This document shows positions 56,472-64,000 of a stretch of DNA of 64,000 nt, piece after piece (position 1 is the first letter of the stretch; the number at the start of each line of letters is the position of its first letter). Origin of the DNA: a virus (Duplodnaviria > Caudoviricetes); the IMG/VR virus record IMGVR_UViG_3300035182_001152, one strand, 5' to 3'. The notes under the pieces are model-generated. The model made no database searches, was not told the origin of the DNA, and worked only from the letters and a program-made list of their open reading frames with translations. Made by a program: the position numbers and the translations under genes.

Positions 56472-56840
56472 TCATTGCTTGTACTCCCCGTAGTCAGCAA
56501 GCCGTTGCGATTCGGTCGCAACGATCTTGAACGTCACAATCTGGCCTGGGACATCGGAACACGGCGAGCTCCTGCCACCACCGACATCCTTGATGTACAG
56601 CGTGTGCAGGCAGTACCACATCTCAGTGAAGTCCGGATCTTTGACCGCCCAGTTCAGCGCGAGCACTGGGTCGGTCGTGTACGGACCATCTTCGCCGCCG
56701 CTGAACAGCGAATTGCTCGTCAGGTACTTCTTGACGCCGTCATGGACGACCTCGATGCAGACGCGGTCACCTCGCTCGGCCGCTTGGTTCAGGCGAGCGA
56801 GGATGTTCGGAGGAGGCAGCTGGCGCACGATCACACTCAT
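56472..56840 (-). CDS. hypothetical protein
   Basis: 122 aa. Confidence 0.55.
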   Translation of the reverse strand: MSVIVRQLPPPNILARLNQAAERGDRVCIEVVHDGVKKYLTSNSLFSGGEDGPYTTDPVLALNWAVKDPDFTEMWYCLHTLYIKDVGGGRSSPCSDVPGQIVTFKIVATESQRLADYGEYKQ

Positions 56841-56843
56841 CGA

Positions 56844-57068
56844 CTAACGGTTGCTCACAGCATGCGACAGGACCGTCACCTCCGGGTTGTTGTGCCAGTG
56901 GCGATCGATCGTGTTCGTCTTCTCGAACGCGACTTCGATGTCGTCGGTGTTGACCGACGCAACTGCCTTGTACGATGACACTGGGATCGTTGCCTTGATG
57001 AACTCCGCCGAGCGGTAACCAAGCATCCGGTCGCCATCTTCGTTGAGGTAGTATACGGTGATCGACAT
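56844..57068 (-). CDS. hypothetical protein
   Basis: AAGGAG RBS after a repeated promoter. Confidence 0.6.
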   Translation of the reverse strand: MSITVYYLNEDGDRMLGYRSAEFIKATIPVSSYKAVASVNTDDIEVAFEKTNTIDRHWHNNPEVTVLSHAVSNR

Positions 57069-57132
57069 CTGTGTTGCTCCTTGATGGGATTGGAGTATCG
57101 TAACCCCTTCACCCCATTAAGGCAACAGCCAC

Positions 57133-57549
57133 TTAACGACGAACAGGCTCGTCGTATTGGAGACCAAACAGCTCGGCGATCTCAGCCATCTGTTGCTCGT
57201 ACACAGCAGCACCGTGCTCCTGCTTGACGTGCTCACCATTAACATTCAGTCGGGTCAGCTTCAGGGCAGTGTCGTGAGCATTCTGCAGACGGATCAGCAG
57301 CTCGGTGTCAACACCCTCCAGCTCCTTGAGCACCGCATCATTCGCAGGGCAGTGGTGCTCAAGGATGTGCGAGATTGGACCGAACGTGTTGCGGGCAGTG
57401 TCTGTCGTCAGCAGGTGGCCAACACCGCAACGGACCGCAGGAGTGTCCGGGACAATGTATGTACACCGGCCATCCTTGTCAACCGCCCGGCGGTATTGTT
57501 GGCCTCGGATCCCCTTCAGGGAGCGGGTGAATGCTTGCTGGTTGTCCAT
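57133..57549 (-). CDS. hypothetical protein
   Basis: GRCTY..RCGVGHL motif, GAGG RBS. Confidence 0.6.
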   Translation of the reverse strand: MDNQQAFTRSLKGIRGQQYRRAVDKDGRCTYIVPDTPAVRCGVGHLLTTDTARNTFGPISHILEHHCPANDAVLKELEGVDTELLIRLQNAHDTALKLTRLNVNGEHVKQEHGAAVYEQQMAEIAELFGLQYDEPVRR

Positions 57550-57622
57550 CTATACCTCATACGTAGTGATAAGGTATACTGTCTATGTGACCCATTTAAT
57601 GATCAACCGACTCGCTATTAGG

Positions 57623-57979
57623 TTAACGCCCCCCGAGGCGTCCATACGCGTCGTTCAGAGCCCGCTTGATCCCGTCGCACTCAATCTGCTGGCGCGCTGC
57701 CGGGCTCAGCCTCAGCAGGTAGTACTGGTCCCGGGTCATCACCTTCGACCACCCGACGCTTGCACTGAACGACCGGCTGCCATTGAGCGACGTCCCCCGC
57801 TCGTCGGCGAACTGGTACGTCGTTGGACCGTTCACAGCCAGATCAAACCGCCACAGCGTCAGTGCAGCAACAGGCCACCCACCAAGCTGCTGATCAACAA
57901 GAGCGGCGAGCTGCCGGTCCGGTGACGCAACACCGTTGATGTACTCCGGCACATCCTTGGTTGTCATCCTGTATGGCAT
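57623..57979 (-). CDS. hypothetical protein
   Basis: 118 aa. Confidence 0.55.
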   Translation of the reverse strand: MPYRMTTKDVPEYINGVASPDRQLAALVDQQLGGWPVAALTLWRFDLAVNGPTTYQFADERGTSLNGSRSFSASVGWSKVMTRDQYYLLRLSPAARQQIECDGIKRALNDAYGRLGGR

Positions 57980-57982
57980 CTG

Positions 57983-58282
57983 CTATCCCCGTGCGAGCTG
58001 CACCATCACATCGGTGATCTTCCGCTGGGCGTTCTTGATGTGCGTGTCCGTCCGACCAGTCCACGAATAGTCGTTCTCCCGCAGCGCTTCGTTCAGGCTG
58101 TCGATCGCGCCGTGCAGCTGGTTGATCACGTGCTGGTTCGTTGCGAACGGGCGGACGTTGCGGGTGACCTTGAACCGGTGCTTGTTGTTCCATTCCGCAG
58201 TCATCGCGATGTCGAACGGGTGCGTCTCCAGCGTGTAGCCGGCGTCCGCGATCGCACCGAGGTATGCAGACAGTGCTTGCAT
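57983..58282 (-). CDS. hypothetical protein
   Basis: AAGGAG RBS. Confidence 0.6.
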   Translation of the reverse strand: MQALSAYLGAIADAGYTLETHPFDIAMTAEWNNKHRFKVTRNVRPFATNQHVINQLHGAIDSLNEALRENDYSWTGRTDTHIKNAQRKITDVMVQLARG

Positions 58283-58307
58283 CTTGTTGCTCCTTCCCTG
58301 TGACCCG

Positions 58308-58721
58308 TCAAGCGTACAGCCCGTGCGGGTGGCCGTCCTCGAACGCCTCCAGCGTCAGGTCGCGCGACTGGTACAGCACCTTGATCGCCTCGCTTGGGCG
58401 CATCAGCGTCCAGCTGCACGGGCCATCCGCCCACTCGTACGTCTCGTCGATGTGGCGGATCACCGAAGCAGGATCCGCTGCGACCATCCGCATGCTGCCG
58501 CTGTACTGGACGCCATCGCAGTCACGGCCGGACCACATCACTGCGATCGATCCTTCCTCTTGCAGCTCGGCGATCTGCCGGTGCATGCGGATCCGCGCTT
58601 GCGTCTGGTTGTGCAGCTCCTCGATCCGGTCGCCGAGCACCTTGTTCAGGATGAACAGGCGCCGGCTCGGCGTGACGTCGGCAGTGCGGATTGCGCTCAG
58701 CAGGTTGGTGGTCGACAGCAT
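58308..58721 (-). CDS. hypothetical protein
   Basis: GGAG RBS; WSGRDCDGVQY..EWADGP. Confidence 0.6.
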   Translation of the reverse strand: MLSTTNLLSAIRTADVTPSRRLFILNKVLGDRIEELHNQTQARIRMHRQIAELQEEGSIAVMWSGRDCDGVQYSGSMRMVAADPASVIRHIDETYEWADGPCSWTLMRPSEAIKVLYQSRDLTLEAFEDGHPHGLYA

Positions 58722-59133
58722 GTTGGTCTCCGGTTGCGATGGGAGTACTATCCCAGCACTCCGGGTTAGGGTCAACCGTTTACTTTAGCGCGCTGGCAGG
58801 TGGGAGCTGAACACGTGCTTCGCCTCGATCGCAAACGTGCCACACCATGTCGGAGCACGAGCCGTTGAGCGTCTGCTGGCCCTGCAGGTACCAATACACA
58901 ACGGTGTGCGTCCGGTTGACGAACTCGGAGAACTGCTTGGCTTGCTAGTTCAACTCGACGCACTTGCTGAGGACCCACGAGAACGTGTGCTTGAGGAAGT
59001 CGTCGTGGTCCATAATTGTGTTCAGTGGCCGGCGACAAAGATCACGACGTCGAGCAGCAGCTCACGGACACGCCGCACGATCGGACGGATCCGGTTGCCG
59101 AAATTGGTTCGTTGGTATGTAGTCATCATCACC

Positions 59134-59448
59134 TCAGTCGTTGATCAGGTGCAGCTCGTAACCATCCAGCTGCGGGTTGCTCCGCACCGTCTCGTGAGTC
59201 GGGCGGAAGATCATCACCTCAACCTCATCGTCCGCGTTGATCACGTCGTGCGACCAGTGCCACACGGTCGTGACACCAGTCTCGTCGCTGCGGATCGCCA
59301 GGCCGACATCAGCAGCGTCGTCGTACAGCTGGCTGAGCGGCGAGTTGCCGGGGCGGACCCCAAGGTCGCTCAGCTCAGCAACCAACAGGCCGCGCTTTCG
59401 GTTGCACGAGAACAGCTTGGACGAGAACGGGGTCAGTCGCAGTTGCAT
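59134..59448 (-). CDS. hypothetical protein
   Basis: GGAG RBS after a repeated promoter. Confidence 0.65.
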   Translation of the reverse strand: MQLRLTPFSSKLFSCNRKRGLLVAELSDLGVRPGNSPLSQLYDDAADVGLAIRSDETGVTTVWHWSHDVINADDEVEVMIFRPTHETVRSNPQLDGYELHLIND

Positions 59449-59454
59449 GTTGGT

Positions 59455-59508
59455 CTCCAGTTGATGTGGCTACTATACATCAGCATCCACATCGGATCAA
59501 CGGGTCAG
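59455..59508 (-). promoter_or_regulatory. repeated early promoter with inverted repeat
   Basis: TTGATC-17 nt-TATAGT; GATGTGG/CCACATC arms. Confidence 0.8.
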
Positions 59509-59987
59509 TCCTCGTCGTAGTCCTCGTCGTAGTCCTCATCATCATGCCCTTGGTAGTCCGGCTCCGAGTGGTTGTACATGTCATCGATGTTGACGATCGG
59601 CTCCGGATTGTTGATGATCGCTTGGACGACGATCTCCATGATGTCGGTCACGGTGTTGGCCGCTTCCCGGTCAGCCAGGCCGAACGTCTGCTCGCCATGT
59701 GAGTAGTTGTTAGCAAACCGCAGTGCCCCGTTCAAGCGGATCAACTCTCCAACAGAGATCCTGTTCGGCAGCAGGTTGATGCTGTCGCGGAGGAACACAA
59801 CGGCGCCGGACCAGTTGTTGCAGCCCCAGCCGTTGTTGTACCAGTCGTAGCTGATCTTGTTCGCGGCGTGCAGCAGCTCACCTTGCAGCGTCTCCGCTGC
59901 CCCGTTCACCGGCACCAGCTTGTCGAACAGCTCGCGCTGCGTCGTTGTCAACGGGTGGGCACCAGTCCAGAAGTTCGGTCGCGTCAT
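59505..59987 (-). CDS. hypothetical protein with acidic tail
   Basis: GELL.AANKISYDWYNNG motif. Confidence 0.65.
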   Translation of the reverse strand: MTRPNFWTGAHPLTTTQRELFDKLVPVNGAAETLQGELLHAANKISYDWYNNGWGCNNWSGAVVFLRDSINLLPNRISVGELIRLNGALRFANNYSHGEQTFGLADREAANTVTDIMEIVVQAIINNPEPIVNIDDMYNHSEPDYQGHDDEDYDEDYDED

Positions 59988-60124
59988 TGAGGTCTCCAGT
60001 TGATGTGGTTACTATAGCACAGCCTCACGCTGAGGGCAACAGGATCCGGCTGCAGATCATGTACAGCTGGGCGGCCGTCCCTGCCAAGCTCGACCGGCCA
60101 GCCAAATTGGCGATCCAGTCCGAT

Positions 60125-60228
60125 CATGGCAGATCAGCTCAGCTCAGCTCAGCTCAGCTCAGCTCAGCTCATGGCAGATCAGCTCAGCGCAGCTCGGCTC
60201 GGCTCAGCGCAGCTCGGCTCGGCTCAGC
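60125..60228. repeat. pentamer microsatellite (CAGCT/CGGCT/CAGCG) with a duplicated 19-mer
   Basis: CATGGCAGATCAGCTCAGC at 60125 and 60170; intergenic. Confidence 0.9.
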
Positions 60229-60388
60229 CACTTGGCGATCGCGAGCGGCCGTCCCCGTCGGTACAGATCACGAAGAGTGGTCACATCACGGGATCCTGCG
60301 CCAGGTGATCCAGCTGACGACGCCCGCGGTCCGAGCGGTGAACAGCCCACCACACCGGCCGCAGGTGTATTGCGCAGTCGAGGCCACC

Positions 60389-60616
60389 TCAGCCCTCCAG
60401 CGGTTGGTCAGGGAAGATCGTCTGGCGATCGGCGAAGTACCGGCCGTTCCACTGTGCGACGTGGACCGCATAGCCGATGCTGTGCCAGAACGCCGCCTCG
60501 CTCGCGGACTCCGCTTGGCCGATCTCCATCTCACGGCTGTCCCCTTCAGCGTTGACGGGAGAGGAGACGCTAAGCCGAGGCTGGTCGGTGCGATAGTGGA
60601 TGCTGGTCTGGTTCAT
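60389..60616 (-). CDS. hypothetical protein
   Basis: GGAG RBS after a repeated promoter. Confidence 0.6.
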   Translation of the reverse strand: MNQTSIHYRTDQPRLSVSSPVNAEGDSREMEIGQAESASEAAFWHSIGYAVHVAQWNGRYFADRQTIFPDQPLEG

Positions 60617-60620
60617 GCTT

Positions 60621-60676
60621 GGTCTCCAGTTGGTGCGTCTAGTATCAGACCAAACGCACCAACGATCAACGGGTCA
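60621..60676 (-). promoter_or_regulatory. repeated early promoter with inverted repeat
   Basis: TTGATC-17 nt-GATACT; GTTGGTGCGT/ACGCACCAAC arms. Confidence 0.75.
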
Positions 60677-60913
60677 GTACGTCAGCGAGCCGGAATACTC
60701 GTTGTAGAAGCTCATCCACTGGACCGCGAACTCTTCGCCGCTGTTGTTGACCAGCAGGCCGAATCGCTTGGCGTACTGGTACGGCCCCTCACGATCGAAC
60801 ACCTCACGGATGTCGCTGATCACCGAGTCGGTCGTCTGGCCGACGTTCGCCGCCTGGATGTCGGTGATCAGCGCCTCGACCTTCGGAAAGCGGCTCAGCA
60901 GATCGGTGTGCAT
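60674..60913 (-). CDS. hypothetical protein
   Basis: GAGGAG RBS. Confidence 0.6.
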   Translation of the reverse strand: MHTDLLSRFPKVEALITDIQAANVGQTTDSVISDIREVFDREGPYQYAKRFGLLVNNSGEEFAVQWMSFYNEYSGSLTY

Positions 60914-60919
60914 GTGGAC

Positions 60920-60977
60920 TCCTCAGTAGTTGATGTGGCTACTGTACTACCAATCAGTAGCCACATCAACAGGTCAG
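60920..60977 (-). promoter_or_regulatory. repeated early promoter with 16-bp inverted repeat
   Basis: TTGATG-17 nt-TACAGT; arms 60929-60944 and 60955-60970. Confidence 0.8.
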
Positions 60978-61330
60978 CTGCCGGTGATCAGGTCGATCAT
61001 GTGCTCGTTGACGAGCCTGAAGTCTTCGATAAAGATGTGGTGGCGGTCGCCGCTTTGCTTGATTGCTTGAGCGGCCGCTTTGTTGAGATCCATCCACGTC
61101 GGATTGTCGGGCAGGTCGATCAGCTGGTGTTTGCCCCATTGAAGCGTGTACGACAGCCTCAGACCCGTACCACGGTGAGCGATCGTGTCAGCGTCCTTCG
61201 TGCCGATCCCCGTCACCGACCAGCACGTGCCGTCGATCGTGAAGTCACCACCCTCGTCAATGCTTGCATCCCATTGTTCGCTGGTCCATGCGTCCGTGTC
61301 GACGTTGGGGGAAAGGCTCGTCGGTTTCAC
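60974..61330 (-). CDS. hypothetical protein
   Basis: PTWMDL..AA.QAI..SGD.HHIFIEDF. Confidence 0.6.
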   Translation of the reverse strand: MKPTSLSPNVDTDAWTSEQWDASIDEGGDFTIDGTCWSVTGIGTKDADTIAHRGTGLRLSYTLQWGKHQLIDLPDNPTWMDLNKAAAQAIKQSGDRHHIFIEDFRLVNEHMIDLITGS

Positions 61331-61430
61331 GCTTGGCTTTCTGATGCGGTAGACGTAGTATCCAGCCCCTTCCGTATAACCACAACAGTGCCCATACGGA
61401 AGGGAAGGCCTTTCGGCCTCCCTGTTGACT

Positions 61431-61952
61431 TCAGAATTCGTGGCGGCCGCCGTTGACGTTCATCGCCAGGATGTTTTCCAGCTTGACCGTGCGGATGATC
61501 ACCTTGTCTTCGAGGCCACCTTGTTCGGCTTCTTCGCGGGCAGGCGGAAGGCCCTCGATGAACGCAGGATCGATCTGCTTGCCGTTGTGCTCGTAATGCA
61601 CCTTGCCAGGCTTGACGTAGAACACTTCGAGGTACAGCTCACCCTTGTTCTCGATGAACGGCGTGCCATCAACGCGCTTGCCCCACTTGCGCTCCTGCAG
61701 TTCGAACGCGTCCGGATCCTTGCCTTCAGCGGCAAGGCGGCGGCGCACCATGTTGTCGTACACGCTGCCCTTCTTCATGCCCGCAACCATCACGTTCGCG
61801 CCCACTTGGATCTTGCGAACGTGGCCCTTCATCGGGTTCTTCTTGCCGCCGAGCAGCGTCGGTTCGGTGCTGATGTCGATCGACAGGAGCTTGGTGCCCT
61901 TGACGTCTTGCAGCAGTTCAGCGATCACTTCGTTTGCGAAGTCGACATGCAT
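61431..61952 (-). CDS. hypothetical phage protein
   Basis: GGAGAG RBS; KKNP..YDNMVRRRL..ERKWG.RVDGTPFIE.KG..YL. Confidence 0.65.
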   Translation of the reverse strand: MHVDFANEVIAELLQDVKGTKLLSIDISTEPTLLGGKKNPMKGHVRKIQVGANVMVAGMKKGSVYDNMVRRRLAAEGKDPDAFELQERKWGKRVDGTPFIENKGELYLEVFYVKPGKVHYEHNGKQIDPAFIEGLPPAREEAEQGGLEDKVIIRTVKLENILAMNVNGGRHEF

Positions 61953-61996
61953 TTGAATCTCTCCGTGCGTTGTTGAATCAGTGAAGCCAGTATCCC

Positions 61997-62242
61997 TCAG
62001 ACCACGCTGTTGGACAACAGGGCCACCTTGCCGCGGAGACGATGCCTCAACTCGATGATGCTGGTGACGAACGCACGGCGGAACGTGTGCTCGTGGTAGA
62101 AGTGTCTCGCCCGTTGACTTGCAGACGGAGACGAGTGACGATACCGGGCGCACTGTCGCATGATCTCGAGGTAGCGCGCCATGTCCTCACGACTCGTGTT
62201 CTCATACCGCCGCCCCTCGTTGTTCGGCAGCTCGTACGTCAT
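61997..62242 (-). CDS. hypothetical protein
   Basis: ATGA-coupled small ORF. Confidence 0.5.
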   Translation of the reverse strand: MTYELPNNEGRRYENTSREDMARYLEIMRQCARYRHSSPSASQRARHFYHEHTFRRAFVTSIIELRHRLRGKVALLSNSVV

Positions 62243-62484
62243 ACGCGGCGCCCCTTCGCACGCGAAGGCAGCATCTTCACCAGCTCCGCCATCGACTTCA
62301 GGATCTCGCGGCGGCGCCGTTCCTGCTCACGCTGCTGTGGCACCGTCATATTGACCGGGCGGCTCTTGCAGTGGTCCCAGTGCCGCGACAACCCCAACGA
62401 CGTGAACAGCTCGTTGCAGTGTGTGCAACGCTTGAACCACGGTTGCCCGACGCGGTGCATCGGGTTCTTGACGCTAGTTGCCAT
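62239..62484 (-). CDS. small Zn-finger-like protein
   Basis: CTHCNELF..LSRHWDHC. Confidence 0.55.
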   Translation of the reverse strand: MATSVKNPMHRVGQPWFKRCTHCNELFTSLGLSRHWDHCKSRPVNMTVPQQREQERRRREILKSMAELVKMLPSRAKGRRV

Positions 62485-62767
62485 TCTTGTTGCGCTCCTC
62501 GTAACGCTTCATGATTGCTGCATGATCCATCGTCTTCTGCCGGCTGGCAACGAGTTCCACGATGCCGTCCACCAACACCGCTCGAACGGTTTCTTCCGTG
62601 GTACCGTACGTCGAGAAGTCGCCAGGCTCGTCGACAGCCAGGTGCGTGTCAACGAAGTTTTCAGCGTTGCTACGGATCACCAGTTCTGCTGCAGCACCCT
62701 CGAACAGCTCGTACAACGACTCGTCGGACAGTTCAGCCATTCGGGTTAGCAATTCACGGTGCGGCAT
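62474..62767 (-). CDS. hypothetical protein
   Basis: GGAG RBS after a repeated promoter. Confidence 0.6.
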   Translation of the reverse strand: MPHRELLTRMAELSDESLYELFEGAAAELVIRSNAENFVDTHLAVDEPGDFSTYGTTEETVRAVLVDGIVELVASRQKTMDHAAIMKRYEERNKNGN

Positions 62768-62772
62768 AGTAG

Positions 62773-62830
62773 ACTCCAAGTTGTGGTGCGCCTAGCGTAC
62801 AGCCAAACGCACCACAGATCAACTGGTCAG
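62773..62830 (-). promoter_or_regulatory. repeated early promoter with inverted repeat
   Basis: TTGATC-17 nt-TACGCT; TGTGGTGCG/CGCACCACA arms. Confidence 0.75.
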
Positions 62831-63189
62831 CCGTCGACGTCGTCGATCTCTTCCTCTTCAACCTCTTCCCACTTGAGGTTCGGGAAGTACAGCACGACGT
62901 CGTAACCCATGTTGTCCCACGAGAACTTGGTCAGCTGGTCGATCAGCGTTGCCACTTGATCGCGCTTGTTGTACGCTTCACGGTCGCTGTCGTCGGTATC
63001 GATCGACGACGTGAACAGGTCTTCCATCGCGGCAGTCAGGGCGCCAGCGACCACCGCTTGGCAGTCCGACAGCGTGCCGGTGATCCCGACGCAGTTGCGT
63101 CCGAACATCCCGCGCCCCGAGTACGAGCGGACGGCCGCGCCGTTGTCGAGGTCCTTCGCGGCGTCGAGCAGCAGTTGTTGGGCGTTCAT
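62827..63189 (-). CDS. hypothetical protein
   Basis: RSYSGRGMFGRNCVGI..DNMG...V.YFP. Confidence 0.65.
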   Translation of the reverse strand: MNAQQLLLDAAKDLDNGAAVRSYSGRGMFGRNCVGITGTLSDCQAVVAGALTAAMEDLFTSSIDTDDSDREAYNKRDQVATLIDQLTKFSWDNMGYDVVLYFPNLKWEEVEEEEIDDVDG

Positions 63190-63196
63190 TGCAGAG

Positions 63197-63255
63197 CTCC
63201 TTCAGTTGTTGATGTGGCTACTATACATCCAACTAGCAGCCACATCAACGGGTCA
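63197..63255 (-). promoter_or_regulatory. repeated early promoter with 12-bp inverted repeat
   Basis: TTGATG-17 nt-TATAGT; arms 63208-63219 and 63238-63249. Confidence 0.8.
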
Positions 63256-63558
63256 CTTCGTCCGCTTGTCCTCGATCGGCAGGGCGGCCTTCATCGTGTT
63301 GACCCACGTTTGCAGGTCAGCTTCCGCCTGCCTGCGGCCGTCGTCGGTGTTCTTGTACGGCTTCTTGGTGATCTCGGTCGCCATCTTCAGCATCTTGCTG
63401 ATCGTCACGCCGCGAGTCGGGATCATGCCGCACTTGATGTACAGGCCGATGAAGCCCTTCAGTTGCGCGGCCTTGTAGAACAGCATCGCATCCGGACCGA
63501 CGATCGTCGTGCCGCCGTCGGTGTGGGTGATCTGGCTGACGGTATCGGGAGTGCTCAT
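63253..63558 (-). CDS. hypothetical protein
   Basis: AGGAG RBS. Confidence 0.6.
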   Translation of the reverse strand: MSTPDTVSQITHTDGGTTIVGPDAMLFYKAAQLKGFIGLYIKCGMIPTRGVTISKMLKMATEITKKPYKNTDDGRRQAEADLQTWVNTMKAALPIEDKRTK

Positions 63559-63630
63559 CGCAGTTTGCTCCTGTTGGTTGCTGATGTGGTCCAGTATCTC
63601 CTAGACCACCTCTTCAGACAACGGTTGACC

Positions 63631-63966
63631 TTAGGCCGCGTAGCCGGCATAATTGCCCGACTCGTAGCTCAGCCAGAATACCGCCCGCCTCTCGCAGCCG
63701 TCTTCCATACTGCGATAGGTATACTCGATCCGCAGCTGGGCAGCGCCACTAATCAGGTCAACACCTTCGATGCCAACCAACTTTTTCGTGCTGGTAAACC
63801 TGCATTGCGCAAGCGTCGCCTTCAGTGTCTCGAGCGGCTGTGGGCCGTTGATCAGTTGGTCAGCGTAACGCGCCAGGTGAGTGACGGCCTCGAGGGTGGC
63901 TGGCGACATCAAGTTGATCTTGCTCACGGCTGGCTCCTTGGTCGGATGCACGAATCCTACCCCCAA
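63631..63966 (-). CDS. hypothetical protein
   Basis: 111 aa; the true start is probably later, after AAGGAG. Confidence 0.5.
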   Translation of the reverse strand: MGVGFVHPTKEPAVSKINLMSPATLEAVTHLARYADQLINGPQPLETLKATLAQCRFTSTKKLVGIEGVDLISGAAQLRIEYTYRSMEDGCERRAVFWLSYESGNYAGYAA

Positions 63967-64000
63967 TCACTGCTGTCCGACAACGAGGCAACGCCGTTGT

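Noticed and set aside
58837-62749. Long + strand ORFs (58837..59520, 59945..61456, 61425..61976, 62042..62749)
   Set aside because: Antisense shadows of RBS- and promoter-supported - strand genes in GC-rich DNA; they run through repeats and promoters
59455-63255. Repeated GTTGATGTGG elements as a CRISPR array
   Set aside because: Irregular spacing of hundreds to thousands of nt, with whole genes between copies; they coincide with -35/-10 boxes and RBSs
1-64000. Stop-codon reassignment, reverse transcriptase/DGR, integrase or IS elements
   Set aside because: Recognisable genes are full length in code 11 and end at TAA, TAG or TGA; no RT, recombinase or transposase motifs were seen

Overview
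This is a 64-kb segment of a large (jumbo-type) myophage genome with T4-like core genes and T4-type TAAATA late promoters. It uses the standard genetic code. The TyrRS and ErpA sequences look betaproteobacterial, which suggests the host (inference). 0.1-11.7 kb (+): replication/recombination genes (UvsY, UvsW, clamp-loader subunits, tandem GroES, N-piece of a split DnaE-like polymerase), two HNH endonucleases, and a nucleotidyltransferase ending in an orphan N-intein. 11.7-26.2 kb (+): tail/baseplate genes with an embedded RiPP-like operon, made of a Hint-domain fibre protein, a CNCNCNCAC peptide sharing its HxH leader motif, four radical SAM proteins and a DUF3050 heme-oxygenase-like oxidase; the DnaE C-piece follows. 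26-53 kb (mostly -): accessory genes (SOD, glycosyltransferase, FolE2, QueD-like, PanD, ErpA, macrodomain, HD hydrolase, MazG, Nudix, TyrRS), tRNA-Pro, tRNA-Ala, three candidate structured ncRNAs, and live and dead homing endonucleases. 53-64 kb (-): small early genes behind a repeated sigma70-like promoter whose -10 box sits inside covarying inverted repeats, plus heptamer and pentamer tandem repeats. All assignments come from motifs read by eye; no database search was run.
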